DNA of 64,000 nucleotides from assembly GCA_963696735.1 (NCBI GenBank), contig CAVOLG010000006.1, positions 3,442 through 67,441 on the forward strand. Direction: 5' to 3'. Below are positions 15,516 through 25,419 of the stretch, piece by piece; positions within the stretch are counted from its first letter, which is position 1; every line of letters starts with the position of its first letter. The DNA is from an uncultured Actinomycetes bacterium (GTDB lineage Bacteria > Actinomycetota > Thermoleophilia > Gaiellales > JALYLC01). The position numbers and the translations under genes are program-made. Below the pieces are notes generated by a model, which was not told where the DNA came from, ran no database searches, and worked only from the letters and a program-made list of their open reading frames with translations.

Positions 15516-16492
15516 CAGGCCTCCTCTGTCGCCGGGGTCGCGGGCTCGATAGTAACCCCCGCGTGGAGCGCCTCCAGGGCGCGGGCCTGGCCCAGCGCGT
15601 CCTCACGCCCGAGCAGCGGCTGCCCGGAGCCGTCGGCGGCAGCCGCCAGGTCCTCGAGCTCGAGCCGGTACGGATCCGCCTGCTCCACGGCCAGGTCCTC
15701 GCTCCTTCCGTCGCGGTGGAGCGTGATCCGCGCATGGGTCCCGATCCAGGGATCGTCGAGGACCAGGGTCCCGTCGGAGCCGTTGACCTCGAGCCTCGCC
15801 AGCGCCGGCAGGTCGATGGCGGCGTCGATGACCCCGAGCACCCCGCCCTCGAAGCCCAGGACGCCGGCCACGCGCACGTCGGCCCCGCCCGGGCCGGGGA
15901 CCTTGACGCCCTCGGCGGCGATCGGCTCACCGGCCAGCAGGCGGCAGCCCGACACGCAGTAGCAGCCGACGTCCATCAGGGCACCGCCGTCCAGCTCGTC
16001 GGAGAACCGGATGTCGCCCGGCCGGTCGAGGCTGAAGCGGAACGTCGACCGGACGAGGCGCAGCTCGCCGATGACGCCGTCGCGGACGAGCTCGACCAGC
16101 CGGCTCGCCTGCGGGTGGTGGCGCCACATGAAGGCCTCGGCCACCACGAGCCCCGCGGCATCGGCGGCGTCGAAGACCTCCTCGACCTCCTCCGGGTGGC
16201 GCGACAGCGGCTTCTCGCACAGCACGTGCTTGCCCGCCTCCAGCGCCCGCAGGGTCCAGGAGACGTGGAGGCTGTTGGGCAGCGAGATGTAGACGGCGTC
16301 GACCTCCGGGTCGTCGAGCAGGGCCTCGTACGACCCGTGGGCGCGCGCCAGCCCGTGCTCGCCCGCGTACGCCTGGGCCCTGGCGCCGTCGCGGCTTCCC
16401 ACGGCCACGACCTCGACCCGGTCCGAGGCCGCGGCGCCGCGGATGACGCGCGTGTTGATGCGCGCCGTCGAGAGCAGTCCGAGGCGCAGCAT
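15515..16492 (-). CDS. Gfo/Idh/MocA oxidoreductase (xylose dehydrogenase-like)
   Basis: YISLPNSLH, AGKHVLCEKP, EAFMWRHHPQ, GGALMDVGCY. Confidence 0.9.
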   Translation of the reverse strand: MLRLGLLSTARINTRVIRGAAASDRVEVVAVGSRDGARAQAYAGEHGLARAHGSYEALLDDPEVDAVYISLPNSLHVSWTLRALEAGKHVLCEKPLSRHPEEVEEVFDAADAAGLVVAEAFMWRHHPQASRLVELVRDGVIGELRLVRSTFRFSLDRPGDIRFSDELDGGALMDVGCYCVSGCRLLAGEPIAAEGVKVPGPGGADVRVAGVLGFEGGVLGVIDAAIDLPALARLEVNGSDGTLVLDDPWIGTHARITLHRDGRSEDLAVEQADPYRLELEDLAAAADGSGQPLLGREDALGQARALEALHAGVTIEPATPATEEA

Positions 16493-16502
16493 GGGCTTGC
16501 GG

Positions 16503-17811
16503 TCAGGCTGCGCCGGAGGCGGCCAGGCGGCGGCGGGAGAGCGAGTCGACGACCACGGCGGCGAGCAGGATGAGGCCCGTGACGGCGAACTTCTTGCCGT
16601 CGCTGATGTTGATCAGGTCCATCCCGTTGGCCACGCTGGCGATGACCAGGGCGCCCAGGAAGGCGCTCGTCACCTTGCCGCGGCCGCCGAAGAGGCTCGT
16701 GCCGCCGATGACGGCGGCGGCGATGGAGTCGAGCAGCAGCGTGCCCGCCGCCGGCCTCGGTGTCGACCGAGTACAGGCGCGAGGCCAGGATGACGCCGCC
16801 GAGGGCGGCCATGGCGCTCGAGATCATGAACCCGTAGATGCGGATGCGGTCGACGCTGACGCCGGCCCGCCGGGCGGCCTCGGCGTTGCCGCCCACGGCG
16901 TAGAAGTAGCGCCCGAAGCGCGTGCGCAGGGAGATGAACGACCAGCCGACGACCAGGACGAGCAGGATCACGCCCACCACCGGCAGGCCGCGGTTCGGAT
17001 CGCGGTTGCAGACGTCGACCACGAAGATCGCGGCCGCGGCCACCGCGGCCACCTTGATGGCGATCACGGCCAGCGAGCCCGACGGCAGGCCCGCCCGGCG
17101 GCGACTCATGATCCCGATCCACCTGCACCAGCGCGTAGAGGGCGATCACCACGCCTCCCACGACCCAGGCCTGGTTGTGGGAGAGGAACTTGTTGGCCGT
17201 GTCGGTGACGACGTAGTCCTGGATGATGATCGTGCCGCGGCCGCCGATGAGGATGCAGGACCATGCCCTGCCAGAAGAGCAGGGCGGCCAGCGTGGCCAC
17301 GAATGACGGGATTCGCAGCCTGGTGATGATCAGCCCATGGACGAGCCCGATGCCCGCCCCGATGATGACCGTGAAGATGATCGCCACGATGCCCGGCAGC
17401 TGGTCGCCGCCGGGCCAGATGAACGTTGCCGAAGCGGTAGAACGGGTTGTTGTCCGGCAGCAGGAAGAGCGCCGTCATGATCCCGCAGGCGCCGCTGACG
17501 TAGCCGATCGAGAGGTCGATCTCCCCCAGCAGGAGCACGAACACGACGCCGATGGCGATGGTCGTGAAGCCCGCCATCTGGACGATGATGTTGATGAAGT
17601 TGGGCGCGGTGAGGAAGTTGCGAGTTCTTGGTCTGGAAGAAGACGCAGATGACGAGCAGGCCGAAGATGATGGGCAGGCTGCCCCAGTCGCCCGCGCGCC
17701 AGCCGGCGATCCGGCGGCGGATGGCTGCGCCGACGGAGTCGGCCGCGTCGATCGAGCCCGGCTGTCGCCGTGGGGGGTGGGGGGCAGTTCGGGTTCGGCG
17801 ACGTCGGCCAT
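16503..17811 (-). CDS. xylH: Sugar ABC permease, XylH-like (frameshifted)
   Basis: VLLLGEIDLSIG, IPSFVATLA, TRFGRYFYAVGGNAEAARRAG. Confidence 0.8.
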
Positions 17812-18640
17812 CAGGTGGCGCTCCCCTCGGTGTCGCGGGGCCGCGAGCCCTCGGGGATGCCCGAGGTGATGGCCTCGACGACCTCGAGGTTGTTGGTGTC
17901 CTTGGCCATGTACTCGGCCACGTTCTGGCCCAGGCGCAGGACCGTGATGCGGTCGGCGACCTCGAACACGTCGCAGCAGGTTGTGCGAGATGAGGACGAC
18001 GGCCAGCCCCTGGTCGGCCAGGCGCCTGACCAGGTCGAGCACCTGCCGGGTCTGGGCCACGCCGAGGGCGGCCGTGGGCTCGTCGAGGATGACCAGGCGC
18101 GAGTTCCACATCACGGCCTTGGCCACGGCCACCGACTGCCGCTGACCGCCGGAGAGGCCGGCCACGACCATGCCGCACGGACCGGATCGTGGTCACCGAG
18201 AGGGACTTCAGGGTCTCGCGCGTGCGCCGCTCCATGGTCGGCCTCGTCCAGCACGTGCACCGCGTTGATCGGCCTCACGGCCCAGGTACATGTTCTGGAC
18301 GACGTCGAGGTTGTCGCACAGGGCCAGGTCCTGGTAGACGATCTCGATGCCCAGGCGGGCCGCGTCCTTGGGCCCGTGGATGGTCACCGGGCCGGCCGTC
18401 GAAGATGATCTCGCCCTCGTCGATCGGGTGGATCCCGGCGATCGACTTGATCAGGGTCGACTTGCCGGCGCCGTTGTCGCCGACGAGGGCCATGACCTCG
18501 CCCGGGCACGCCCGGAAGTCGACGTCGGTGAGGGCCTGCACCGAGCCGAAGTGCTTGGACACGCCGCGCAGCTCGAGCAGGGGGGTCGCGCTCGCTGGGG
18601 TCGGTGCGCTCTCAGGCGCCTGTGGAGCGGCGGTGCTCAC
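17811..18640 (-). CDS. Sugar ABC ATPase, single domain, XylG-like (frameshifted)
   Basis: [30 protein letters not shown]. Confidence 0.88.
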
Positions 18641-18662
18641 CTCGGTCCTCGGCAGAAGGTTA

Positions 18663-18695
18663 CGGGGAGGGGCGCCACGCGCACGCCCCTCCCCG
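18663..18695 (-). terminator. GC-rich stem-loop after the sugar-binding protein gene (partial terminator or mRNA stabiliser)
   Basis: CGGGGAGGGGCG-N9-CGCCCCTCCCCG, 12-bp inverted repeat. Confidence 0.65.
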
Positions 18696-18709
18696 CCGGA
18701 CCGGCCTTC

Positions 18710-19820
18710 CTACTTGTTGTAGGGAGCCGGGCAGTACTTCTTGTAGCTCCCGATGCAGATCTGCTTCCAGGTCAGGAACTTGTCCTTGATGACCGTGGAG
18801 GCGATGTTCTTCTTGGTCACGGCCACCGGCGTGAGCAGGACCGACGGGACCTGACGCACCCCGTCGCTGATCCTCTGCTTCGCCAGTGCGCTCGCGTTCT
18901 GGCCCTTGATCAGGGCGATGGCCAGCTTCGAGGCAGAGTCGGCCTCGCGCTTGATGGCCTTGTAGACCGTCATGCACTGGTCACCCGACAGGACGTACTG
19001 GACGCCCGTGAGCGTGGCGTCCTGTCCCGTCACCGGGATCTTGGGCAGATGGCGCGAGTGCAGCGCCGAGATCACGGAGCCGCCGAGGCCGTCGTTGGCC
19101 GCGAGCACGCCGTTGATCTTGTTGTGCGTCTGACGCGAGCATCTGCTCGAAGATCGTCAGCGCCTTCTGGTTGTCCCAGGCAGGCACGGACTTGTTCGGG
19201 CCCTTCACGAACGTGTGGTTCTTGTACAGCGGGTTCAGGACCGAGTTGTAGCCCTGGGCGAACAGCGTCGCGTTGTTGTCGGTCGGCGAGCCGTTGAGCT
19301 CCGCCACGACCGGCTTCTTGACGCCCTTCGCCTTGAGGCAGTTGACCAGACCCTGGCCCTGCAGCTTGCCCACCGTCACGTTGTTGAACGAGACGTAGTA
19401 CGACGCGGCGCCCTTGAGGGTGAGCCGGTCGTAGTCGATGACCTTGACCCCACGAGACTTGGCCAGCTTCTCAATGGCCGCGCCCGACCCCGAGTCGAGG
19501 TTGACGAGCAGCAGGACCTTGGCGCCGTTCGAGATGTCCGCCTCGGCCTGGCTCTGCTGTGTGGTCGGGCTGCCCTGGGCGTTGGTGATGTTGTCACTCA
19601 GACCAGCGGCCTTGAAGGCCGCGTCGAGATAGGGCCGGTCGGCGGTCTCCCACCGCACCGACGACTGACTGTCGGGGAGCAGCACACCCACGTCGATCCC
19701 CGCCTTCTTGGCGGAGGGGTGGTTTGCCCCGAGCGCCGTCGCGGCGGTGATCGCAAGCACGAGCGCTCCCCCAGCGCAAGCGCCCGCAAGCACGCGGCGG
19801 CTCCGGTACCAGCTCTTCAT
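18710..19820 (-). CDS. xylF: Sugar ABC substrate-binding protein, XylF/ChvE-like (frameshifted)
   Basis: Signal peptide, SSVRWETADRP, IDYDRL, GSPTDNNA, AANDGL, TGQDA, MTVYK. Confidence 0.8.
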
Positions 19821-19869
19821 CCTATGTCCCCCAGTGTTTCTTCCGCCGGCGGCGGAAATTGGCTCCGGG

Positions 19870-19898
19870 AGGGTATGAGCGAGTGGCTCATATTGCAA
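19870..19898 (-). promoter_or_regulatory. Sigma70-type promoter with palindromic operator upstream of xylF
   Basis: Minus strand TTGCAA-N17-TACCCT; TATGAGC-N5-GCTCATA (19874-19892) fills the spacer. Confidence 0.6.
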
Positions 19899-19910
19899 GC
19901 GGGTGGGAAC

Positions 19911-21353
19911 TCAGGCGCGCGCGCGAGGCACGTCGCGGAGCGCCGGGTAGAGCGCGCGATAGGTCCTCGAGGGCGCCGGGATAGGCGGCCGCCCAGGCGG
20001 CGTCGGGCTCCACGATCCCGGCCGGATGCACGCACGCGGCCACGGCCTCGGCGGCGTCGGCGAAGGCCCCCGCGGCCATGCCGGCCAGGAGGGCCGCGCC
20101 GTAGGCGGCGCCCTCGTCCACGGCCACCCGCTCGAGGCGAAGCTCGAGCACGGAGGCCACGATGCGCAGCCATTCCGTGCTCCGCGTCCCGCCGCCCGAG
20201 ACCCGGCCGCGGTCGGCGCCGACCCCCAGGTCGCGCAGGAGGTCCAGCGAGTCGCGCAGGCCGAAGGCCACACCCTCGAGGACGGCGCGGACCAGCGCGC
20301 CGCGGTCGTGGCGGAGGGTGAGGCCGGCGAAGGCCCCGCGCGCCTCGGGGTCCGCGTGCGGGGTGCGCTCGCCGGCCAGGTAGGGCAGGAACACCAGCCC
20401 CTCGGTGCCGGGCGGCCAGGCCGCGGCCTCGGTCACGAGCTCGTCGTAGGACGCCCCGCCCGTGGCATCGCGCAGCCACCGCAGCGCCCCGCCGGCCGAG
20501 AGGGTCACGCCCATGAGGTGCCACCGGCCGGGGACGGCGTGGCAGAAGGCGTGGGCGCGCGCCATCGGGTCCGACGCGTACGACGGGCAGCGCGGCGAAG
20601 ACCACCCCCGACGTCCCGAGGGCCACCGACAGCGGGCCGTGCTCGTCCACCACGCCCACGCCCAGGGCACCCGCGGCCTGGTCGCCCGCGCCGGCTGCCA
20701 CGGGGACGCCGCCGGCCGTCGTGCCGCTCACCTCCGGCGACTCGAGGGCGGCCGGGAGCCACTCGAGCGGGATGTCCAGGGCCTCGGCCACCTCCGCGCT
20801 CCAGCGCCGGTCGGCCACGTCCAGGAGCAGCGTCCCCGAGGCGTCCGAGACGTCGGTGGCGCAGCTCGCCGGTCAGGCGGAGGCGGACGTAGTCCTTGGG
20901 CAGGAGCACGTGGGCGATGCGCCCGTAGAGCTCGGGCTCGTGCGTCCGCATCCACAGCAGCTTCGGCGCGGTGAAGCCGGCCAGCGCGCGGTTCCCGGTC
21001 AGGCGCACCAGGCGCTCGAGCCCGATCCGCTCCTCGATCTCGCGGCACTCCTCGCCCGTGCGCGCGTCGTTCCACAGGATGGCCGGCCGCAGCACGCGTC
21101 TGCTGTCGTCCAGGGCCACCAGCCCGTGCATCTGGCCCGAGAGCCCGATGGCGGCGATGCCGTGCCGCGACAGCGCCTCGAGCGCGCCGCGCGCGGCGGC
21201 CCACCAGTCCTCGGGGTCCTGCTCGGACCAGCCCGGCCGCGGCGTGGAGAGGGGGTAGGGACGCTCCTCGCGCCCGACCACCTCGCCGTCGGGCGTGACG
21301 GCCAGGGCCTTGACGCCGGTGGTCCCGACGTCGAGCCCGACGAGGACGCTCAC
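19911..21353 (-). CDS. xylB: Xylulokinase (frameshifted)
   Basis: GLDVGTTGVKA, GLSGQMHG, ILWND, GFTAPKLLW, LPKDY, GAGDQAAGA, PYLAGERTPH. Confidence 0.92.
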
Positions 21354-22357
21354 GCGCCGAGCGCCGCGTAGACGATCTCGTAGGCCCGCACCGCGTCCTT
21401 GGCGGCCTGCGCCTCGCGCAGGGCGTCGTCGTCGATGCGGGCCGCGATCCCGTCGATGAAGCGCCACTGCAGGACGCTGCGCTTGACGGCCGCGACCGCG
21501 TCCTCGGTGTACGGGAAGAGGTCGAAGCCCAGACGCTCGCCGCCGTTCCCGTACCCGGCGCGGCGGAGCTCGACGGCGAGCTCCAGCGTCTCCATGAACG
21601 AGGTCGCCCCGACCATGTTGTCGTCGTCGAAGGTGCCCCAGCCGGAGTTCGCGTGCAGGTGGCCGAGCAGCCCGTCGCCGGCCAGCAGCGCCGCGTACTC
21701 GGCCAGGTTCTCGCCGTTCATGATCAGGTGCTGCCAGTCGAGGTTGACCTTGACGTTGTCGATCCCCTGCTCGCGCAGCCGGTGGATGACGTGCAGCGTC
21801 ATGCCCACGTTGCGCATGAGGATCTTCATCGCCGGCTCGGAGTTCTTGTGCTCCAGGAAGAGCAGCACGCCGTGGCTGCGGCAGCGCTCGGCCGCCTGGC
21901 CGATCCCGTCGATGAGCCAGGCCCAGCTCTCGCGGTACGGCGTCTGGAACGGGTAGTTGTAGCCCTCGATCCCGGGCCAGATGATGAAGTGGGCGCCGAG
22001 CGAGCCGGCCATGTCGACGGCGCTGAGGGTGCGCCGGACGGCCTCCTCACGCGTCTCGCGGTCGGGCGAGACGAGGCCGCCGCGGCCGAACCGGGGATCG
22101 AGGTGCAGGCCGGTGGCCAGGCAGTAGATGCCGTGACCGTCCAGGGCCTCCCGCACGGCGTCGAGGTTCGACTCGTCGAGCTCCTGCGGGTAGTGGAACT
22201 CGTAGTCGTCGATCAGGTCGCCGAGCCCGGTCACCGCCCGCCGGACGCGGTCGGCGGTGGTCTCGTTCTCGTACTCGGGTTTGTATCCCCCGGGCACGAA
22301 GCGCGTGACCATGGGCCCGAGGGCCCAGATGCCGAGGCTCGTGCGCAGCTCGCTCAT
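21350..22357 (-). CDS. Xylose-isomerase-like TIM-barrel sugar isomerase (divergent)
   Basis: EFHYP, IWPGIEG, EHKNSEP, NLDWQH, FDDDN, GFDLFPY; RBS AGGAGGAG; coupled to xylB. Confidence 0.8.
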   Translation of the reverse strand: MSELRTSLGIWALGPMVTRFVPGGYKPEYENETTADRVRRAVTGLGDLIDDYEFHYPQELDESNLDAVREALDGHGIYCLATGLHLDPRFGRGGLVSPDRETREEAVRRTLSAVDMAGSLGAHFIIWPGIEGYNYPFQTPYRESWAWLIDGIGQAAERCRSHGVLLFLEHKNSEPAMKILMRNVGMTLHVIHRLREQGIDNVKVNLDWQHLIMNGENLAEYAALLAGDGLLGHLHANSGWGTFDDDNMVGATSFMETLELAVELRRAGYGNGGERLGFDLFPYTEDAVAAVKRSVLQWRFIDGIAARIDDDALREAQAAKDAVRAYEIVYAALGA

Positions 22358-22422
22358 GCTCTCCTCCTGGGGCGACAGGGCGACGGCGCCATCATCCTTC
22401 ACGGCGCCGGTACAGTCGCCCG

Positions 22423-23887
22423 GTGCCGCCGTCCATCCCCGTGCCCGGCCACGCCCGGTCGTTCTGGCTGCAGCAGGCGCTGGCCGCCGATCCCGGACAT
22501 CCGTGCCCGCCCCTCGACGCCGACGTGCGGGCCGACGTGTGCATCGTGGGCGGCGGCTACACCGGGCTCTGGACCGCGCTCGAGCTCAAGCGGCGCGACC
22601 CCTCGACCGACGTCGTCCTGGTCGAGGCCGACATCTGCGGCGGGGGCGCCTCCGGCCGCAACGGCGGCTTCGTCCTCTCCTGGTGGGACGAGCTCCCGGA
22701 GATGGTCGAGCGCTTCGGGGCCGAGCAGGCGCTGTTGCTGGCCCAGGCCTCGACCGACGCGGTGGGCCAGGTGGGTGAGTTCTGCGCCGACCACGGCATC
22801 GGCAGCTACCGCCAGGCCGGCACCATCACCGCCGCCACGTGCGAGCCGCAGCTGGGCGCCTGGGACGCCGTCGTCGAGGCCTGCCGCGCCGTCGGCCGGC
22901 CGGAGATGGCGGTGCCGATCTCGGGCGAGGAGGCGCGCGCCCGTACGGGCTGCCCGCTGCTCCTGGCCGGCGTCCTCTATCCCGACGCGGCCACCGTCCA
23001 GCCGGCCTTCCTGGCCCGGGCCATGCGGGAGGCCGCCCTCGACGCCGGCGTGCGCATCCACGAGCACACGCCGCTGCTCGAGCTCGACCGGAGCTGGCCG
23101 GCGCGCGTCTCGACGCCCCGTGGGTCGGTCGAGGCCGACCGCGTCGTCCTGGCCCAGAACGCGTGGCTCGCCCGCTGGCGCGAGCTGCGGCGGGCCATCG
23201 TCCCCGTGGCCAGCTACATCGTCCTCACCGAGCCCGCCCCGGAGCGCATCGCCCAGATGGGCTGGACGGGCGGTGAGTCGCTCGGCGACGCCCGCCTGCT
23301 CGTCCACTACACGCACGTCACGGCCGACGGGCGCATCGCCTTCGGGCGTGGCGGCGGGGCCATCGGGCCGCTGGGGCGCGTGACCCGCGGGATGGAGCAT
23401 GACGCGCGTGTGGCCCAGACGGTGGCCGACGACTTCCGGCGCTTCTTCCCGGCCCTGGCAGACCTCCGCATCACGCACGCCTGGGGCGGCCCCATCGATC
23501 GCGCGCCCAACCACCTCCCCTTCGCGGGCACGCTCGGCGCCGCCGAGCACGTCCTGTACTTCGGGGGCTACTCCGGGAACGGGGTCGGCCCGACGCGCCT
23601 GGCCGGGACGCTGCTGGCCTCGCTCGTGCGCGGCGAGCGCGACGCCCTCTCCACGTCGGCCCTGGTCTCGGGGCCGCCGGCGTACCTCCCGCCCGAGCCC
23701 GTGCGCACGCTGGGCGGCGCTGGTCATCCGCGAGGCCGTGCGGCGCCGGGAGGGGGCGGAGGAGCTGGGCGAGCGGCCGGACCGGGTGTCCGAGGCCCTC
23801 TCCCGGCTGGTGTGGTTCACGATGCCCGAGGCCGTGGAGCCGCGGCTGCGAGGAGCTCGGCCGCGCTCTCCTGCAGCAACGCCGTGA
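22423..23887 (+). CDS. FAD-dependent oxidoreductase, DAO/PuuB-like
   Basis: IVGGGYTGLWTA, GASGRNGGF, HAWGGPID, GYSGNGVG; late frameshift, end approximate. Confidence 0.9.
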
Positions 23888-24449
23888 TGCGGGCGTCGGA
23901 GAGCCCGGCCTCGCGCAGCTCGCCGTAGGTCTCGTAGCTGGTGAGGACCATCAGCAGGGCCAGTGCCCGGGGCGCCGTGACGCCGGGGCGAAGCCGTTTC
24001 GTGCGGCGGAGGTTGCGCACCAGGCGCTCCAGCTCCCCACGCCGGTCGCGGCGCTGGCGGTCGACGAGGTCCCGGGCCGCGGGGTCGATGGCCGAGACGC
24101 CGTAGAGCGGGCGCAGAACGGCGTCCTCCGAGGACCAGAAGGCCATGGAGCCGGCGATCGTCCGGCGCAGCGCGTCGTCGCCGTCGGGCAGGTCGACGAT
24201 GCGCCGGAGCTCGCGCAGCGCCGGGTTGGCGTCGAACGTCTCGCACATGGCGTCGACGAGCTCGAGCCGTGAGCGGAAGTGCTGGTAGAGGGTGGCCCGC
24301 GAGACGCCGGCGCGGTCGGCCACCTGCTCCACCGTCGACTCGTGGAACCGCCCCTCGGCCATGAGCTCCCGGACGGCGGCGTTGATGCGGGCCCGCGTGT
24401 CCGAGGAGGAGCTCCGGCGGGCGCGGGTGCGGTACGGACGAGCGGACAT
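23817..24449 (-). CDS. TetR-family regulator
   Basis: TVEQVADRAGVSRATLYQHF. Confidence 0.93.
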   Translation of the reverse strand: MSARPYRTRARRSSSSDTRARINAAVRELMAEGRFHESTVEQVADRAGVSRATLYQHFRSRLELVDAMCETFDANPALRELRRIVDLPDGDDALRRTIAGSMAFWSSEDAVLRPLYGVSAIDPAARDLVDRQRRDRRGELERLVRNLRRTKRLRPGVTAPRALALLMVLTSYETYGELREAGLSDARITALLQESAAELLAAAAPRPRAS

Positions 24450-24520
24450 AGACACGATCAGTCTAGACAACGAGTCCACGATCTGCTTAGACTAGACAGT
24501 GTGTCTAGATTCATCGTCTA
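24449..24520. promoter_or_regulatory. Cluster of TAGAC-N5-GTCTA operator palindromes between tetR and the GNAT-like gene
   Basis: CTAGACA-GTG-TGTCTAG at 24492-24508; one-mismatch copies at 24464-24478 and 24506-24520. Confidence 0.75.
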
Positions 24521-24540
24521 CCGACCGAGAGGAGAGCACC

Positions 24541-25419
24541 ATGCCGAGCGAGCTTGAGATGGCCACGCGCACGCCCGCGATCGATGTCACGCCGGTCGAC
24601 CGGCCGACCGCCGCGGCCATCGAGGAGGCCGAGTGCCGGGCCTGGGCGGATCTGTACGGGGCCGCTCCGGCCGACTGGGCCACCGAGGCCGGCCTCGGTT
24701 GGCACGAGGCCGACGGCGCCCTGGTCCTGCGCTGGGCCGTCACCGGGCGGCGGTACTTCAGCCGGGTCATCGGCCTGGGTGTGACCCGGCCGGCGACGCC
24801 CGAGGCCCTTGACGCGATCCTGGCCGGCTACGCGGAGGCCGGGATCTCGCAGTTCCTGCTGCAGTCGCTCCCCCACTGCCTCCCCGATGCGTACGAGGAT
24901 TGGCTGCGCGACCGCGGGCTGGAGCCCTTCGACGCCCAGGACCGCGTCGTCCGCGACGGCCGTCCCCTCGGTGGCAGGGGGCCATCGGTGCGCGAGGGGC
25001 TCGTGGTCGAGAAGGTCACGCAGGAGACCGCCGACGAGTGGGCCGGGTTCCTGCAGGAGGTCTACCGTCTCGACACGGGGCCGTGGCTCCAGCGCCTCGC
25101 GGGACGGCCGCGCTGGCACCAGTACGTGGCACGCGAGGACGGGCGGGTCGTCGCCGCCCGGGGCATGTACGCCGGCCCCAACGGAACGGCGTGGCTGGGC
25201 ATGGACGGTCCCGTCCCCGGGCTGTGGACTGACGACTTCGACCCCGACGCGGCCATCCTCGAGGCCATCGTCCGCGATGGGCTTGCGCTCGGCATGCGCC
25301 GGTTCATCGCCGACATCGAGGCGCCGTCGCCTGACGCCACCGGTCCGGCGTACGACGTGTTCGCGAGCCTCGGCTTCTCCCGCCCGTACGTCCGCACGCA
25401 CTGGGCGGTCGTCAGCTAG
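24541..25419 (+). CDS. GNAT-fold-like hypothetical protein
   Basis: RBS GAGGAG; FSRVIGLG, RPRWHQYVA..DGRVVAARGM, AWLG, LGFSRPYVR; canonical acetyl-CoA loop not obvious. Confidence 0.65.
   Translation: MPSELEMATRTPAIDVTPVDRPTAAAIEEAECRAWADLYGAAPADWATEAGLGWHEADGALVLRWAVTGRRYFSRVIGLGVTRPATPEALDAILAGYAEAGISQFLLQSLPHCLPDAYEDWLRDRGLEPFDAQDRVVRDGRPLGGRGPSVREGLVVEKVTQETADEWAGFLQEVYRLDTGPWLQRLAGRPRWHQYVAREDGRVVAARGMYAGPNGTAWLGMDGPVPGLWTDDFDPDAAILEAIVRDGLALGMRRFIADIEAPSPDATGPAYDVFASLGFSRPYVRTHWAVVS

Noticed and set aside
21350-22357. Assigning xylA
   Set aside because: Context supports it, but the motifs differ from class I/II XylA, so the symbol is withheld.
24449-24520. TAGAC/GTCTA repeats as a CRISPR array or IS ends
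   Set aside because: Too short, no spacers, and no cas or transposase gene; they fit TetR operators.
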